Below, piece by piece: positions 39,162 through 48,059 of a stretch of DNA of 64,000 nucleotides; the first letter of the stretch is position 1; each line of letters opens with the position of its first letter. The notes below the pieces were generated by a model. The model was not told where the DNA came from and searched no databases. It was given only the letters and a program-made list of their open reading frames with translations. The position numbers and the translations under genes are program-made. Source of the stretch: a virus; IMG/VR virus record IMGVR_UViG_3300028025_006190, positions 12,978 to 76,977 of that record, one strand, 5' to 3'.

Positions 39162-39226
39162 TTCTTCTCCAATCGGCAAGGATGTGCCTCTGAACATACT
39201 AACGTATGTTTGGAGAGAAGTCTCTA

Positions 39227-39658
39227 CTAAGGGATGAGACTATTAATGACTACTGCGGAGATAATACTGACTAAGAGAGATAGGCCGGCACCAACCATAG
39301 AGAGAGTAATAGCAAGTGTTCTCGACCTCTTGTGCTTGTCTAGCTCCAGCTTCGCTGCTTCAATCTCATTAATCCTGGTGTGGAGATCTGCGTGCTCTTC
39401 GGTGTTATCTTGCTTGTGGTCTCTAATGTTATTGAGAAGCTCTTGACGAAGATTACTTTGACTCTTAGATGACTCGAGTTCCCACTTTTTTAGGTCACTC
39501 TCGAGACGCCCCATGCGCTCATTGTACGTGTCAAATTTAGCGTTAACAAACTCTTTTGTGGCCATAGTTTCTTTTACTTCACGTAAACTAGACATGATGG
39601 TTTCGAACATAATTCGAAGTTCCCCGGGCGTGGGGTCGCGATCAACGGGGAAAGTCAT
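39227..39658 (-). CDS. Coiled-coil protein with C-terminal transmembrane helix
   Basis: Hydrophobic C-terminus TLAITLSMVGAGLSLLVSIISAVVI. Confidence 0.6.
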   Translation of the reverse strand: MTFPVDRDPTPGELRIMFETIMSSLREVKETMATKEFVNAKFDTYNERMGRLESDLKKWELESSKSQSNLRQELLNNIRDHKQDNTEEHADLHTRINEIEAAKLELDKHKRSRTLAITLSMVGAGLSLLVSIISAVVINSLIP

Positions 39659-39794
39659 GAACTCGGTCCTATGAGAATGTGGAAAACAGCTAATACAATA
39701 ATAACTTATTTTGGGCTTGCTCACTTGGGGCTGCAGCGTGCTACGATGGTCGAACCAGATTTTTACCCACTCCTACTCACCAACAGGACACTAC

Positions 39795-42458
39795 GTGAAT
39801 GACGAAAATAAGCTTCTAAAAGGAGCATCATGGTACGCCTCTCAGGGGTGGAAACTTCTGAAATGCTACGGAATTAGCTCCGATGGGTCGTGTACATGCC
39901 ACGGGACTCACACCGACCCCAAAGACATTGGAAAGCATGCAGCACTTAAAGAGTGGCAAAATCTTGCAACTGATGATCAAGTAACTATTGAAAATTGGTG
40001 GCGGGCGCAACCAGAAAATAACGTAGCTGTCAACTGCAGTCTGTCGGGATTTTTTGTTATCGACATTGATCCGCGAAATGGCGGTTTTGAGTCATTCGAA
40101 ATTATGATGCAGCGCGTCAACGGAGAGATACCCGAGACAGTCGAAGCAATCACTGGCGCATACTCCGATAAAAAGAAAAAAATTGCCCGTGGTCGTCACC
40201 TCTTCTTTAGGTGCCCTCCGGGGGTTGCCCTCAAGGGAAGATTCACAAAAGAAGACAACCTGCCGGGAATTGACATTAAACATGTGGGGTATGTCCTACT
40301 TGCTCCATCTAGACACCAGTCGGGCGTTGAGTACGAGTGGAAGCCTGGCCACGCTCCGTGGGAAATGGAGATGGCCGAAATCACAGAAGAGATGTTGGAG
40401 TTTCTGAGAGATCGAAGAAGAAGCGGTCGAACATCGTCTGACGGAATTGCCGGCTCGTATAGCACGGAACTTGGTGAAACGGACTGGTCCGCATTTGACG
40501 GTCTGTCTTATAAAGGACAGAAGTTCAACATCCAAGAAATTCTTGAAGAAGGTATTGAAGAAGGTAGCCGTGCAGTAACGGTATACGCTCTTGCCTGCGC
40601 TCTTGCAAATAAGTATGGGACTGACTCGATGTCTCAGACTTTTATCGAGACGATGATGATTCGCTTCAATCACGAGAAGATCAATCCTCCCATGGAACTG
40701 GAGGGATCAAACAGTCTCTTGATGCATGTTCGCCGTGCTATTCAGTTTGTTGACGAAAATCCCAAGCATCTGAGAGGGAATCCCGAGCTTGCTGAGTGGC
40801 AAAAACGAACCGCAGAAAATATGGGAAAGGAGTCGTTTCGATCTCCCGGATCTTCAACATCATCGGTAGATACTGCTGATCGTGATGATGACATTGAAAT
40901 TACATCTGAACCGGGGACCATCGGTAATGCTGTCGAATACGGAGTAAAAGCCGGATCATCCATCATGGATGCATCATCTTTTCGAAACATGGACATTCCC
41001 CTTGACCCGGATGCCATATCTTCGGACGACGGTGGAAATAAAAAGCAGCGATCGCTCACAGATGTCGGTAACGGACGTCGTCTTGTAGATAGTTTTGTAG
41101 CCGGCATTCGATACACGCCGGTGCTGGGGTGGCATGTGTGGGACGGCACACATTGGCGTCGTGATCCAGAAAATCTCCAAATCCGAGAATTGTCGAAAAA
41201 GCTCTCGTCCATGATTGCTAGCGAGACTATTGAATATGAAGACATCGACAAGAAGAACGAGATTATCTCTTTCTCAAAACAAGCAAAGTCTGCTGCAAGA
41301 ATGAAATCAGCAATTGATAATGCCACGTCCGATACTCGTATTCAGGTACCTGTCTCTCAGTGGGACAGTAATGTAGAGCTTTTTGGTGTTGCCAACGGAG
41401 TTGTGAATCTCCGTACTGGTGAGCTGATGCGGGGTGTACCAGAGCTCCACATCACTCGACACTCCCCCGTGGCGTACACCCCAGGATTGACCCACCCTCG
41501 GTGGCAGGAGTTCTTGGACTTTGCTACATATGGCGACAAAGAATATCAAGCGTACTTGCAGCGTGCTGTTGGATACAGCATGACTGGTCTTAATGATCTT
41601 GACATTATGTTTTTGATTCACGGCCGTCCAGGGTCGGGTAAGAACACATTTATTGAGTCATTCTGCAAGGCTCTTGGAATGTCTGAATACGCCTATCCGA
41701 TGGAGTCCACGGTACTTGCTCAAGACGATGGTCGCAGCACCAACACAGACTCGTATCACTACGCTGAACTTCGTGGTAAGCGTGTTGTGTGGGTTGACGA
41801 ATTGCCTGAGACTGAGCGACTCAAGGAGAACGCGATTAAGCGTCTTACTGGTTCGGCAACGATCTCGGCTCGCTCCCCTGGAGAAAAGCCAATTAACTTT
41901 GAGTCACAGGCCAAGTTGTGGATTACTACAAACCACCGTCCGATTATTACTGACGATGCCATGTGGCGACGTATGCGTGCTCTCCCATGGGACCGCATCC
42001 CCGAGAAGTCTGACCCCACACTCAAGGCATTTTTGTCAGACCCAGAGATAGGTCTCCGGGTGCTGCTGTCTTGGGCTGTCCAGGGTGCAGTAGATTTTTT
42101 TGCATCCAAAGAGCTTGATCCACTGGCTCCCGAGACATGCACTGTTGTGCTCAACGCAACAAACTCATACCGAAGCGATGAAGACCGTATGGCAATGTTT
42201 ATCCGTGAAGAGCTTGTTGAGGCTCCTGGAAAAATTACAAGTGTTAAAAAAGCGCGTACAATCTATTCTTGGTGGTCTGAAGAACGCGGTGAAAGGCCGA
42301 TGACTCAGATTTCCTTTACTCGTAAGCTACGAGACCGAGGAGTCCACATCGAAGGTGTTGGATCTGACGCTCAAATTTATGGGTATGAAATTAAAACTAA
42401 GACACCGTCATCTCTTAGTGGAGACGACTGGTCCTCGCTTAGTCAGATGGCTAGATAG
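39795..42458 (+). CDS. Bifunctional primase-polymerase fused to D5-like SF3 helicase
   Basis: C.C...GKH, VIDIDPRNGG and GRHLFF motifs; LTDVGNGRR, GRPGSGKNT and TNHRP motifs. Confidence 0.9.
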   Translation: MNDENKLLKGASWYASQGWKLLKCYGISSDGSCTCHGTHTDPKDIGKHAALKEWQNLATDDQVTIENWWRAQPENNVAVNCSLSGFFVIDIDPRNGGFESFEIMMQRVNGEIPETVEAITGAYSDKKKKIARGRHLFFRCPPGVALKGRFTKEDNLPGIDIKHVGYVLLAPSRHQSGVEYEWKPGHAPWEMEMAEITEEMLEFLRDRRRSGRTSSDGIAGSYSTELGETDWSAFDGLSYKGQKFNIQEILEEGIEEGSRAVTVYALACALANKYGTDSMSQTFIETMMIRFNHEKINPPMELEGSNSLLMHVRRAIQFVDENPKHLRGNPELAEWQKRTAENMGKESFRSPGSSTSSVDTADRDDDIEITSEPGTIGNAVEYGVKAGSSIMDASSFRNMDIPLDPDAISSDDGGNKKQRSLTDVGNGRRLVDSFVAGIRYTPVLGWHVWDGTHWRRDPENLQIRELSKKLSSMIASETIEYEDIDKKNEIISFSKQAKSAARMKSAIDNATSDTRIQVPVSQWDSNVELFGVANGVVNLRTGELMRGVPELHITRHSPVAYTPGLTHPRWQEFLDFATYGDKEYQAYLQRAVGYSMTGLNDLDIMFLIHGRPGSGKNTFIESFCKALGMSEYAYPMESTVLAQDDGRSTNTDSYHYAELRGKRVVWVDELPETERLKENAIKRLTGSATISARSPGEKPINFESQAKLWITTNHRPIITDDAMWRRMRALPWDRIPEKSDPTLKAFLSDPEIGLRVLLSWAVQGAVDFFASKELDPLAPETCTVVLNATNSYRSDEDRMAMFIREELVEAPGKITSVKKARTIYSWWSEERGERPMTQISFTRKLRDRGVHIEGVGSDAQIYGYEIKTKTPSSLSGDDWSSLSQMAR

Positions 42459-42467
42459 GAAAATAAA

Positions 42468-42680
42468 GTGAGTGCGATTTTTGATAGTGAAGATCTACCA
42501 GAGATTGTCGTTGAAGAAAAATCAGGCAACTTTACCTACGTAAAAGTAGGCAGCTGGTCTTTCTGTGTAGAAGATGATCTTGATAGAACACCAGAACAAC
42601 TAATGGAGGATGCACGAGCATTTACTGCTTATGCGGTCTACCACGAAAAACTTAGGGCTGTCCAGGAACAAGATCAGTGA
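42468..42680 (+). CDS. Hypothetical protein
   Basis: ORF with AGGA RBS. Confidence 0.55.
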   Translation: MSAIFDSEDLPEIVVEEKSGNFTYVKVGSWSFCVEDDLDRTPEQLMEDARAFTAYAVYHEKLRAVQEQDQ

Positions 42681-43729
42681 AGATCGCGGTATACACAATT
42701 GCTCTCAACGAGGAAAACCATGTGGAGCGATGGTATGAATCTTCTAAAGAGGCCGACTACCATCTAATTTTAGATACCGGATCTACAGACAGCACCGTTG
42801 AGATTGCCGAGCGTCTTGGCATAGCGATCCACAAGGCGCATATCAATCCATGGAGATTTGATGTTGCCCGAAATACTGCTATGGCATTGCTGCCAGCAGA
42901 TATTGATTTTTGTATCTCTATGGACGCTGATGAGATCTTGATGCCGGGATGGAGAGAAGAGCTCGAGAAGATCGAAGGATCGAATATAACTACACCTCGA
43001 CACACATTTACCTTCTCATTTAATCCTGACGGCACTCCGGCCTTTCAATTTGGTGGGAACCGTATCCACGCTCGTAACGGTTTTGTGTGGAAACACCCTA
43101 TACACGAACTTCTGGTACCGACCGGGATCGAGGATGTTCAGGGGTGGGTAAATCTAGAAATGCAACACCACCCGGACCGGACTAAGTCTCGTGATCAGTA
43201 CTTATCTCTCCTGGAGAGGGCGGTAAAAGACGAACCTACTGATGCGCGTATGTCTTTCTACTACGGTAGAGAGCTTTACTACCGGAGTCGATTTAAAGAA
43301 GCAGCCAAGCAACTCAGCGATTTTCTTGCTCTTCCCGGGGCTACTTGGGCTGGCGATCGTTCTGACGCTTATATTCTTATTTCTAGGTGCGTAGATGATC
43401 TAGTAGAGGCCAGGCAGTGGGCTTCGCTGGCAATTCAAGAGGCCCCGGAGCGAAGAGAGGGGTATGTCAGAATGGCCACCCTTTGTTATCACTCCGAAAG
43501 CTTTGAACAAGGTTTAATGTATGCCGAACAGGCACTTACCATTACCGAGCGTCCTCTGCAATATATGTGTGAAGACTGGGCCTGGGGGTGGGAAATTTTA
43601 GATGTGGCCGGTATTTGTGCGTGGGTGCTTGGTGATGTCGAGAGGGCTCGTAAATATGGGCTTGAAGCTTTAAATTTGAATCCTGAACATGAGAGACTAA
43701 AAAAGAACGTTGAGTACTATCTCGGGTAG
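42677..43729 (+). CDS. GT2 glycosyltransferase with TPR repeats
   Basis: IALNEE, LDTGSTD, RFDVARN, DADE and HE motifs. Helical TPR-like C-terminus. Confidence 0.85.
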   Translation: MKIAVYTIALNEENHVERWYESSKEADYHLILDTGSTDSTVEIAERLGIAIHKAHINPWRFDVARNTAMALLPADIDFCISMDADEILMPGWREELEKIEGSNITTPRHTFTFSFNPDGTPAFQFGGNRIHARNGFVWKHPIHELLVPTGIEDVQGWVNLEMQHHPDRTKSRDQYLSLLERAVKDEPTDARMSFYYGRELYYRSRFKEAAKQLSDFLALPGATWAGDRSDAYILISRCVDDLVEARQWASLAIQEAPERREGYVRMATLCYHSESFEQGLMYAEQALTITERPLQYMCEDWAWGWEILDVAGICAWVLGDVERARKYGLEALNLNPEHERLKKNVEYYLG

Positions 43730-43764
43730 AATAGAACATATAGTTTTCTAATCCTGGAGCTTCC

Positions 43765-44484
43765 ATGCCCGTTATCAACTTGAGCACACTGAAAGATATT
43801 CTCGGTGGTACAACTCCGGTCAATGCCACCGTATCTGCTTACGTATATCGAGGTACCCAAAGGGCCGTTCGTTATTCTGGCGAAGATGTAATTTTCCCTG
43901 CTCCAGTAACAATAGACATTATTAATGGGACTCCACAGCCTGATCTTCAGCTTGCTGCCATCCCAGCCGATTGTTACTGGAAAATTATTATTTGGTCAGA
44001 CAGCAGATCCCCTCTTCGTAGAGATGTGATTCTTCCGGCTGGGGCGGGTCCATTTGATTTCGATGAACTAGTAGATGTCGACTCGACGACAAATTTGCCT
44101 GATGCCGGTACTGCACTTGCAGACGCCTACCTTGCTGAAATTGAGGCTGCTGCCGATAGAGCAGAGGCTGCAACAATACGAGAGACTGTTTATGCATTGA
44201 CGTATGCAGCAACTCTTGCCCCGAATGCGATTAACGGTCCAATCCAGACCACAACATTGACTGGCAATGTCACCATCAATGGATTTACTTCTCCTCTTAG
44301 TGGACAGACAATCAAACTTGTGCTCACTCAAGATGGGACGGGTGGTCGTCTTTTAACCTCTACTATGAAGTTTGCTGGTGGTGTAAAGACACTGTCTACG
44401 GCTGGTGGCGCTACTGACATTCTTACAATTTCTTACATTGGCACTACTTACTATGCGACCCTCGATAAAGGCTACGCTTCGTAG
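43765..44484 (+). CDS. Displaced virion fibre/decoration-like protein
   Basis: C-terminal TLTGNVTI...QDGTGGR...TLST..ATDIL fibre-tip-like module. Own upstream GTAGAAT promoter motif. Confidence 0.5.
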   Translation: MPVINLSTLKDILGGTTPVNATVSAYVYRGTQRAVRYSGEDVIFPAPVTIDIINGTPQPDLQLAAIPADCYWKIIIWSDSRSPLRRDVILPAGAGPFDFDELVDVDSTTNLPDAGTALADAYLAEIEAAADRAEAATIRETVYALTYAATLAPNAINGPIQTTTLTGNVTINGFTSPLSGQTIKLVLTQDGTGGRLLTSTMKFAGGVKTLSTAGGATDILTISYIGTTYYATLDKGYAS

Positions 44485-44584
44485 ATTTTACAGTTACTCC
44501 AGACAGGTGTGTTTTTACTGGTGATACACTGGTATTACACAAGATAAAACATACCTAACTAACACAATAAATAGATTGGAAAAT

Positions 44585-45742
44585 ATGAGCTACATTAATA
44601 CCCTTTCCGGGTATCGCATGAGCGATGACTGGGCCGACCATATTGCCCGTGGATCGCGGGGCGGTATTGACTATGCCACTGGAATGAATACCCCAATTCC
44701 TGCCCCGATTGCTGGTCGCCTGGAGAACCGCCCCGATAACGGTAATGGGTTTGGAAACTACATTCGCTTCCACCACGGCAACGGGTTCATTGACGAGTAT
44801 TTGCACCTCAACAGTTTTGTTGCCGAAGGAAACTACGCTCAGGGGCAGGTTATTGGGTACACGGGAAATACCGGAAATAGCACCGGACCCCACGTACACT
44901 GGCACCTTATTGATCCAAGTGGTCGTCGGGTAAACCCTCTTGACTATGTTCAGGGTGGTTCAGGTGGAAGCACGACTTCCTCTGGAATCGGTGCGAGTAT
45001 GGCAGCTGCTCAGCAGATACTTGCAAATGTTGGACTCTATAGCGGTGTTGTTGATGGTATTTTTGGTCCTAAGTCTTGGAGAGCCACTCAGACGTGGTTG
45101 GCCAAGTATGGACTATATGACGGAGCAATTGATGGAATTCCTGGACCGAAGACCTACCGAGGGGTGCAGCTATACGGTCAAAAGAATGGTAACTACGGCC
45201 CTCCCGGGGTAGTTGATGGAGTTCTTGGTCCCCTGTCGTGGGCTGGATTTGTTCAGTCTTTGAAAGAAGATACGGCGGCACCTGCCCCAACCCCACCACC
45301 AGCGCCAGTAAAGCCAGAGCCTGTAAAGCCTGAGCCTGTTGTGCCTCCTGTAGTGCCAACTCCACCAGTCCCGGAAAAACCAGAGGTTGTTGTCCCAGAA
45401 AAACCTGAAAAGCCCGCAAAACCCACTCGCCCTACACGACCATCTAAGCCCACTAAACCTGTAAAGGATCCAGTAATGCCAGAAGTAAAGCCACTCCCTG
45501 ATGCCGCAAATACTGCCGCTCACGACGCTCTTGGGATCTTGATCCCGAAGGCAAAAAACCGCAAGATTGCATATGCCGTCTACGGTCTGATCTCTCTAGT
45601 TGTAAGCAACGCTGCAGTTGGTGTTGTTGCTTCTGGAACGGAAGCTCCCCTGTGGCTTATCATAGGTCTTGCCGTTGTCGGTAACCTGGGTGCCCCGTTC
45701 GCAACACTCGCTATCGCGAATGCCGGCAACAGCCAGAAGTAA
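44585..45742 (+). CDS. Endolysin (M23 peptidase + PG-binding repeats + Pro-rich linker) fused to a holin-like two-TM domain
   Basis: GIDY, YLHL and GNSTGPHVH motifs; three DG(I/V)xGPxS/T repeats; C-terminal RKIAYAVYGL...WLIIGLAVV. Confidence 0.85.
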   Translation: MSYINTLSGYRMSDDWADHIARGSRGGIDYATGMNTPIPAPIAGRLENRPDNGNGFGNYIRFHHGNGFIDEYLHLNSFVAEGNYAQGQVIGYTGNTGNSTGPHVHWHLIDPSGRRVNPLDYVQGGSGGSTTSSGIGASMAAAQQILANVGLYSGVVDGIFGPKSWRATQTWLAKYGLYDGAIDGIPGPKTYRGVQLYGQKNGNYGPPGVVDGVLGPLSWAGFVQSLKEDTAAPAPTPPPAPVKPEPVKPEPVVPPVVPTPPVPEKPEVVVPEKPEKPAKPTRPTRPSKPTKPVKDPVMPEVKPLPDAANTAAHDALGILIPKAKNRKIAYAVYGLISLVVSNAAVGVVASGTEAPLWLIIGLAVVGNLGAPFATLAIANAGNSQK

Positions 45743-45750
45743 GCTAAAAT

Positions 45751-45799
45751 AAAAAAGCAGACCCGACCACATTCGTGACCATCGGGTCTGCTTCTTTTT
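45751..45799. terminator. Intrinsic terminator, possibly bidirectional
   Basis: AAGCAGACCCGA/TCGGGTCTGCTT stem flanked by A- and T-runs. Confidence 0.75.
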
Positions 45800-45870
45800 G
45801 TCGCTCAAGTGTTACGGTAGCACGACGGTCTCCAAAACCGTGAGACTAGGTTCAATTCCTAGGAGCGGCG
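45800..45870 (+). tRNA. tRNA-Trp(CCA)
   Basis: Acceptor GTCGCTC/GAGCGGC; anticodon arm ACGGT-CTCCAAA-ACCGT; T-arm CTAGG-TTCAATT-CCTAG. Confidence 0.88.
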
Positions 45871-45915
45871 CAATTTGACTACATTGTTTCTAAATTTGTG
45901 CTAAAGTATTTATAA

Positions 45916-46085
45916 CGCAAGATCGACGGATCAAGCGGAGTGATGGCTGAATGTGTCTTTCCAGTAAGGACCTAAAGCACACCTCGGGTTAGCGCCCTGC
46001 CTTAGCGGGTAAAAGAGGTGGTCGGGTGCGGTACATACTGTATTGCTGGGACCCCGTGGTGGTAAAACGCAATCCACCCACTCAA
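45916..46085 (+). ncRNA. Candidate structured ncRNA of about 170 nt
   Basis: Extended -10 upstream, terminator downstream, multiple nested helices and no credible ORF. Confidence 0.55.
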
Positions 46086-46087
46086 CT

Positions 46088-46123
46088 AAAAACCCCCGGG
46101 ATCTTTTCCTCCGGGGGTTTTTT
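46088..46123 (+). terminator. Intrinsic terminator
   Basis: AAAAACCCCCGG/CCGGGGGTTTTTT. Confidence 0.8.
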
Positions 46124-46145
46124 ATGTGTGTTACTGTTTACAGAA

Positions 46146-46219
46146 CGGGATGTAGCTCAGCTTGGTAGAGCGCTGCGTTTGGGACGCAGAAGTCGCAGGT
46201 TCAAATCCTGTCGTCCCGA
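46146..46219 (+). tRNA. tRNA-Pro(TGG)
   Basis: Canonical cloverleaf; anticodon arm CTGCG-TTTGGGA-CGCAG. Confidence 0.95.
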
Positions 46220-46220
46220 C

Positions 46221-46296
46221 GGCGGTGTAGCCCAATGGCAGAGGCACACGGTTTAGGTCCGTGCCAGTGTGAGTTCGAATCTCATCACCGCTACCA
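46221..46296 (+). tRNA. tRNA-Leu(TAG) with short variable loop and encoded CCA
   Basis: CACGG-TTTAGGT-CCGTG anticodon arm; GTTCGAATC T-loop; ends ACCA. Confidence 0.9.
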
Positions 46297-46320
46297 AAAG
46301 TCTTATGTTAGACTTCTGCC

Positions 46321-46485
46321 ATGCAGGAGAACGCTATTAAGATCCTTATTCGAGATGAGATGGTTGAGGCCGGGATTGTCGTTGCAGAGGGGACAATGCT
46401 CACCTATCTATATGAGGGTCGAGAATATCTAGTCATGATGAGCGTCGTAGACATTACGGATTGGGACAATCAAGATGACGAATGA
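46321..46485 (+). CDS. 54-aa hypothetical protein (leaderless, not in ORF track)
   Basis: TGT-TAGACT-N6-ATG. MQENAIKILIRDEMVEAGIV...DNQDDE; overlaps the next gene. Confidence 0.55.
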   Translation: MQENAIKILIRDEMVEAGIVVAEGTMLTYLYEGREYLVMMSVVDITDWDNQDDE

Positions 46486-46693
46486 TCCGGTACGCCAACC
46501 ATCTCATTACTTTCACCCAAGTGGTATTGAAGTTATTGAGATCACAAAACACGAGTCTTTCCTCCGGGGGAACATCATCAAATACATTCTCCGTGCCCCA
46601 TTTAAGGGCAGAGAGTTAGAAGATTTACGTAAAGCTCAGATGTATCTTGAGTGGGAAATTGCCAGAGTTGAAAAGGAAATAGAAGACAAGTGA
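46475..46693 (+). CDS. DUF3310-like protein (T7 gp1.7-type putative nucleotide kinase)
   Basis: DPV..PSHY...IEVI...GNIIKYILRA..KG..EDLRKA..YL motif. Confidence 0.8.
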   Translation: MTNDPVRQPSHYFHPSGIEVIEITKHESFLRGNIIKYILRAPFKGRELEDLRKAQMYLEWEIARVEKEIEDK

Positions 46694-47388
46694 TTTTTAC
46701 CAGTGAACTAGAAGTAGAGCTTGTTCAATACTCCGGAAGCGATAAAATAATTGCAGATGCTGCTCGAGTATCTACTGGCGCTGTGGCCGATGCATACACT
46801 GAAGAAGAGAATGCCAAACTACTTGGGTATCTTGTAAAGAATCGCCACGGCTCACCCTTTGAGCACAACTCGATGACCTTCAAGATCTCTGCTCCTATAT
46901 TTGTATTCCGTGAGTTCCAACGTCACCGTATTGGCTGGTCCTATAACGAGGTCTCTGCGCGATACAAAGAGATGGATCCGGTTTTCTATGCGTACCCACC
47001 AACGAGGCCTCTAGTCCAGGAAGGATCCTCTGCCCATCCGAAGCTTGTTGACGGGCACCCGTCTATGACTACGATGGTAAATCACGAAATGATGACTGCA
47101 TACTCTCACTCCTGGGGGATCTACAAAGCTCTTCTGCGTGAGGGTGCTGCTAACGAAGTTGCTCGATCTGTGCTCCCTGTTGGTCTCTACAGTCAGATGT
47201 ATGCGACATGCAATGCTCGAAGCTTGATGGCATTCCTGTCATTACGAGTTGATGCTGAGAACGCCCAGTTTGAGACCAAGCCCCAGTGGGAGATCGAACA
47301 GGTCGCTCGCAAGATGGAAGAGTACTTTTCTCTAATGTTCCCGGACACACACTACTTTTTTAACAAGAATGGTAGAATTGCTCCATAG
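46690..47388 (+). CDS. thyX: Flavin-dependent thymidylate synthase
   Basis: HGSPFEH, RHRIGWSYNEVSARY, EVARSVLP and QWEI motifs. Confidence 0.95.
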   Translation: MIFTSELEVELVQYSGSDKIIADAARVSTGAVADAYTEEENAKLLGYLVKNRHGSPFEHNSMTFKISAPIFVFREFQRHRIGWSYNEVSARYKEMDPVFYAYPPTRPLVQEGSSAHPKLVDGHPSMTTMVNHEMMTAYSHSWGIYKALLREGAANEVARSVLPVGLYSQMYATCNARSLMAFLSLRVDAENAQFETKPQWEIEQVARKMEEYFSLMFPDTHYFFNKNGRIAP

Positions 47389-47453
47389 GTAAAATTAGCT
47401 AAGTTACCTGCCGACAGTCGGCCGCCCCCAGGGTAAGCGATATCCCTGGTCCA

Positions 47454-47526
47454 GCCTCCTTAGCTCAGTTGGTAGAGCGCGATACTTGTAATATCGATGT
47501 CATCGGTTCGATTCCGGTAGGGGGCC
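47454..47526 (+). tRNA. tRNA-Thr(TGT)
   Basis: CGATA-CTTGTAA-TATCG anticodon arm; GGTTCGATTCC T-arm. Confidence 0.92.
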
Positions 47527-47530
47527 CAGA

Positions 47531-47602
47531 CCCCTCGTAGCTCAGCGGAAGAGCGTATGGTTTCTACCCATCCGGCCGGGAGTTCGAATCTCTCCGAGGG
47601 GA
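47531..47602 (+). tRNA. tRNA-Arg(TCT)
   Basis: CCCCTCG/CGAGGGG acceptor; ATGG-TTTCTAC-CCAT anticodon arm. Confidence 0.88.
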
Positions 47603-47605
47603 CAC

Positions 47606-47679
47606 CGGGAGTTAGCTCAGCCGGTTAGAGCAGCGGACTCATAATCCGTCGGTCGCGGGTTCAAGTCCCGCACTCCTGA
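47606..47679 (+). tRNA. tRNA-Met(CAT), probably elongator (Ile2 not excluded)
   Basis: GCGGA-CTCATAA-TCCGT anticodon arm; GGTTCAAGTCC T-arm. Confidence 0.9.
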
Positions 47680-47681
47680 CA

Positions 47682-47723
47682 ACACAAAACCCCCTGGCCG
47701 ATATATGCCGGGGGGTTTGGTGT
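47682..47723. terminator. Hairpin closing the tRNA cluster
   Basis: ACACAAAACCCCCTGGC/GCCGGGGGGTTTGGTGT. Confidence 0.55.
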
Positions 47724-47726
47724 CAG

Positions 47727-48008
47727 ATTCTGGATCACCGCCTATGTAGTTGCCAGTTAACCTTTCGTTGGGTGAGTTTGAACATTGGAATCATTCAGCT
47801 CCTAACTGGCCTCGCGGCCATCTCATACAAGATACTTCTATTTTAGAAGCTATTAAACTGTTCTAGATCTTCTACTGTGACGATGAGATCCCGGTGATTT
47901 AGAATAGAAGTAGCCAAGGCGCAGCTCCCCTGCTGCCCGGCATTGTGAATTTCGCTACCTCACAAAAGCTAAGCCCCCTCTTGAAAATATATTGGAGGGG
48001 GTTTAGTG
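47727..48008. ncRNA. Candidate multibranch structured RNA of about 280 nt
   Basis: 14-bp closing stem, internal nested stems, further hairpins and no ORF. Confidence 0.45.
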
Positions 48009-48029
48009 TTACTAAATCTATATGAGAAG

Positions 48030-48059
48030 TTGGCAGTATATAATAACAATTTTTATAAT
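48030..48059 (+). promoter_or_regulatory. Sigma70/SigA-like promoter upstream of the RNR-tail peptide
   Basis: TTGGCA-N18-TATAAT. Confidence 0.6.

Noticed and set aside
45938-46085. T-box riboswitch, or a tRNA with an intron
   Set aside because: GGTGGTAAAACGC lacks the UGGNACC bulge. There is no TTCRA T-loop and no group I core was recognised.
46026-46432. ORFs 46026-46256 and 46235-46432 from the ORF track
   Set aside because: They overlap the terminator and tRNA genes and have no initiation signals.
47389-47453. Degenerate tRNA before tRNA-Thr
   Set aside because: Only two small hairpins and no cloverleaf; more likely a leader after a TAAAAT -10.
47727-48008. Cobalamin riboswitch, tmRNA or RNase P RNA upstream of the RNR genes
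   Set aside because: No B12-box or GCCACTG core, no tmRNA tRNA-like ends and no GAGGAAAGTCC motif.
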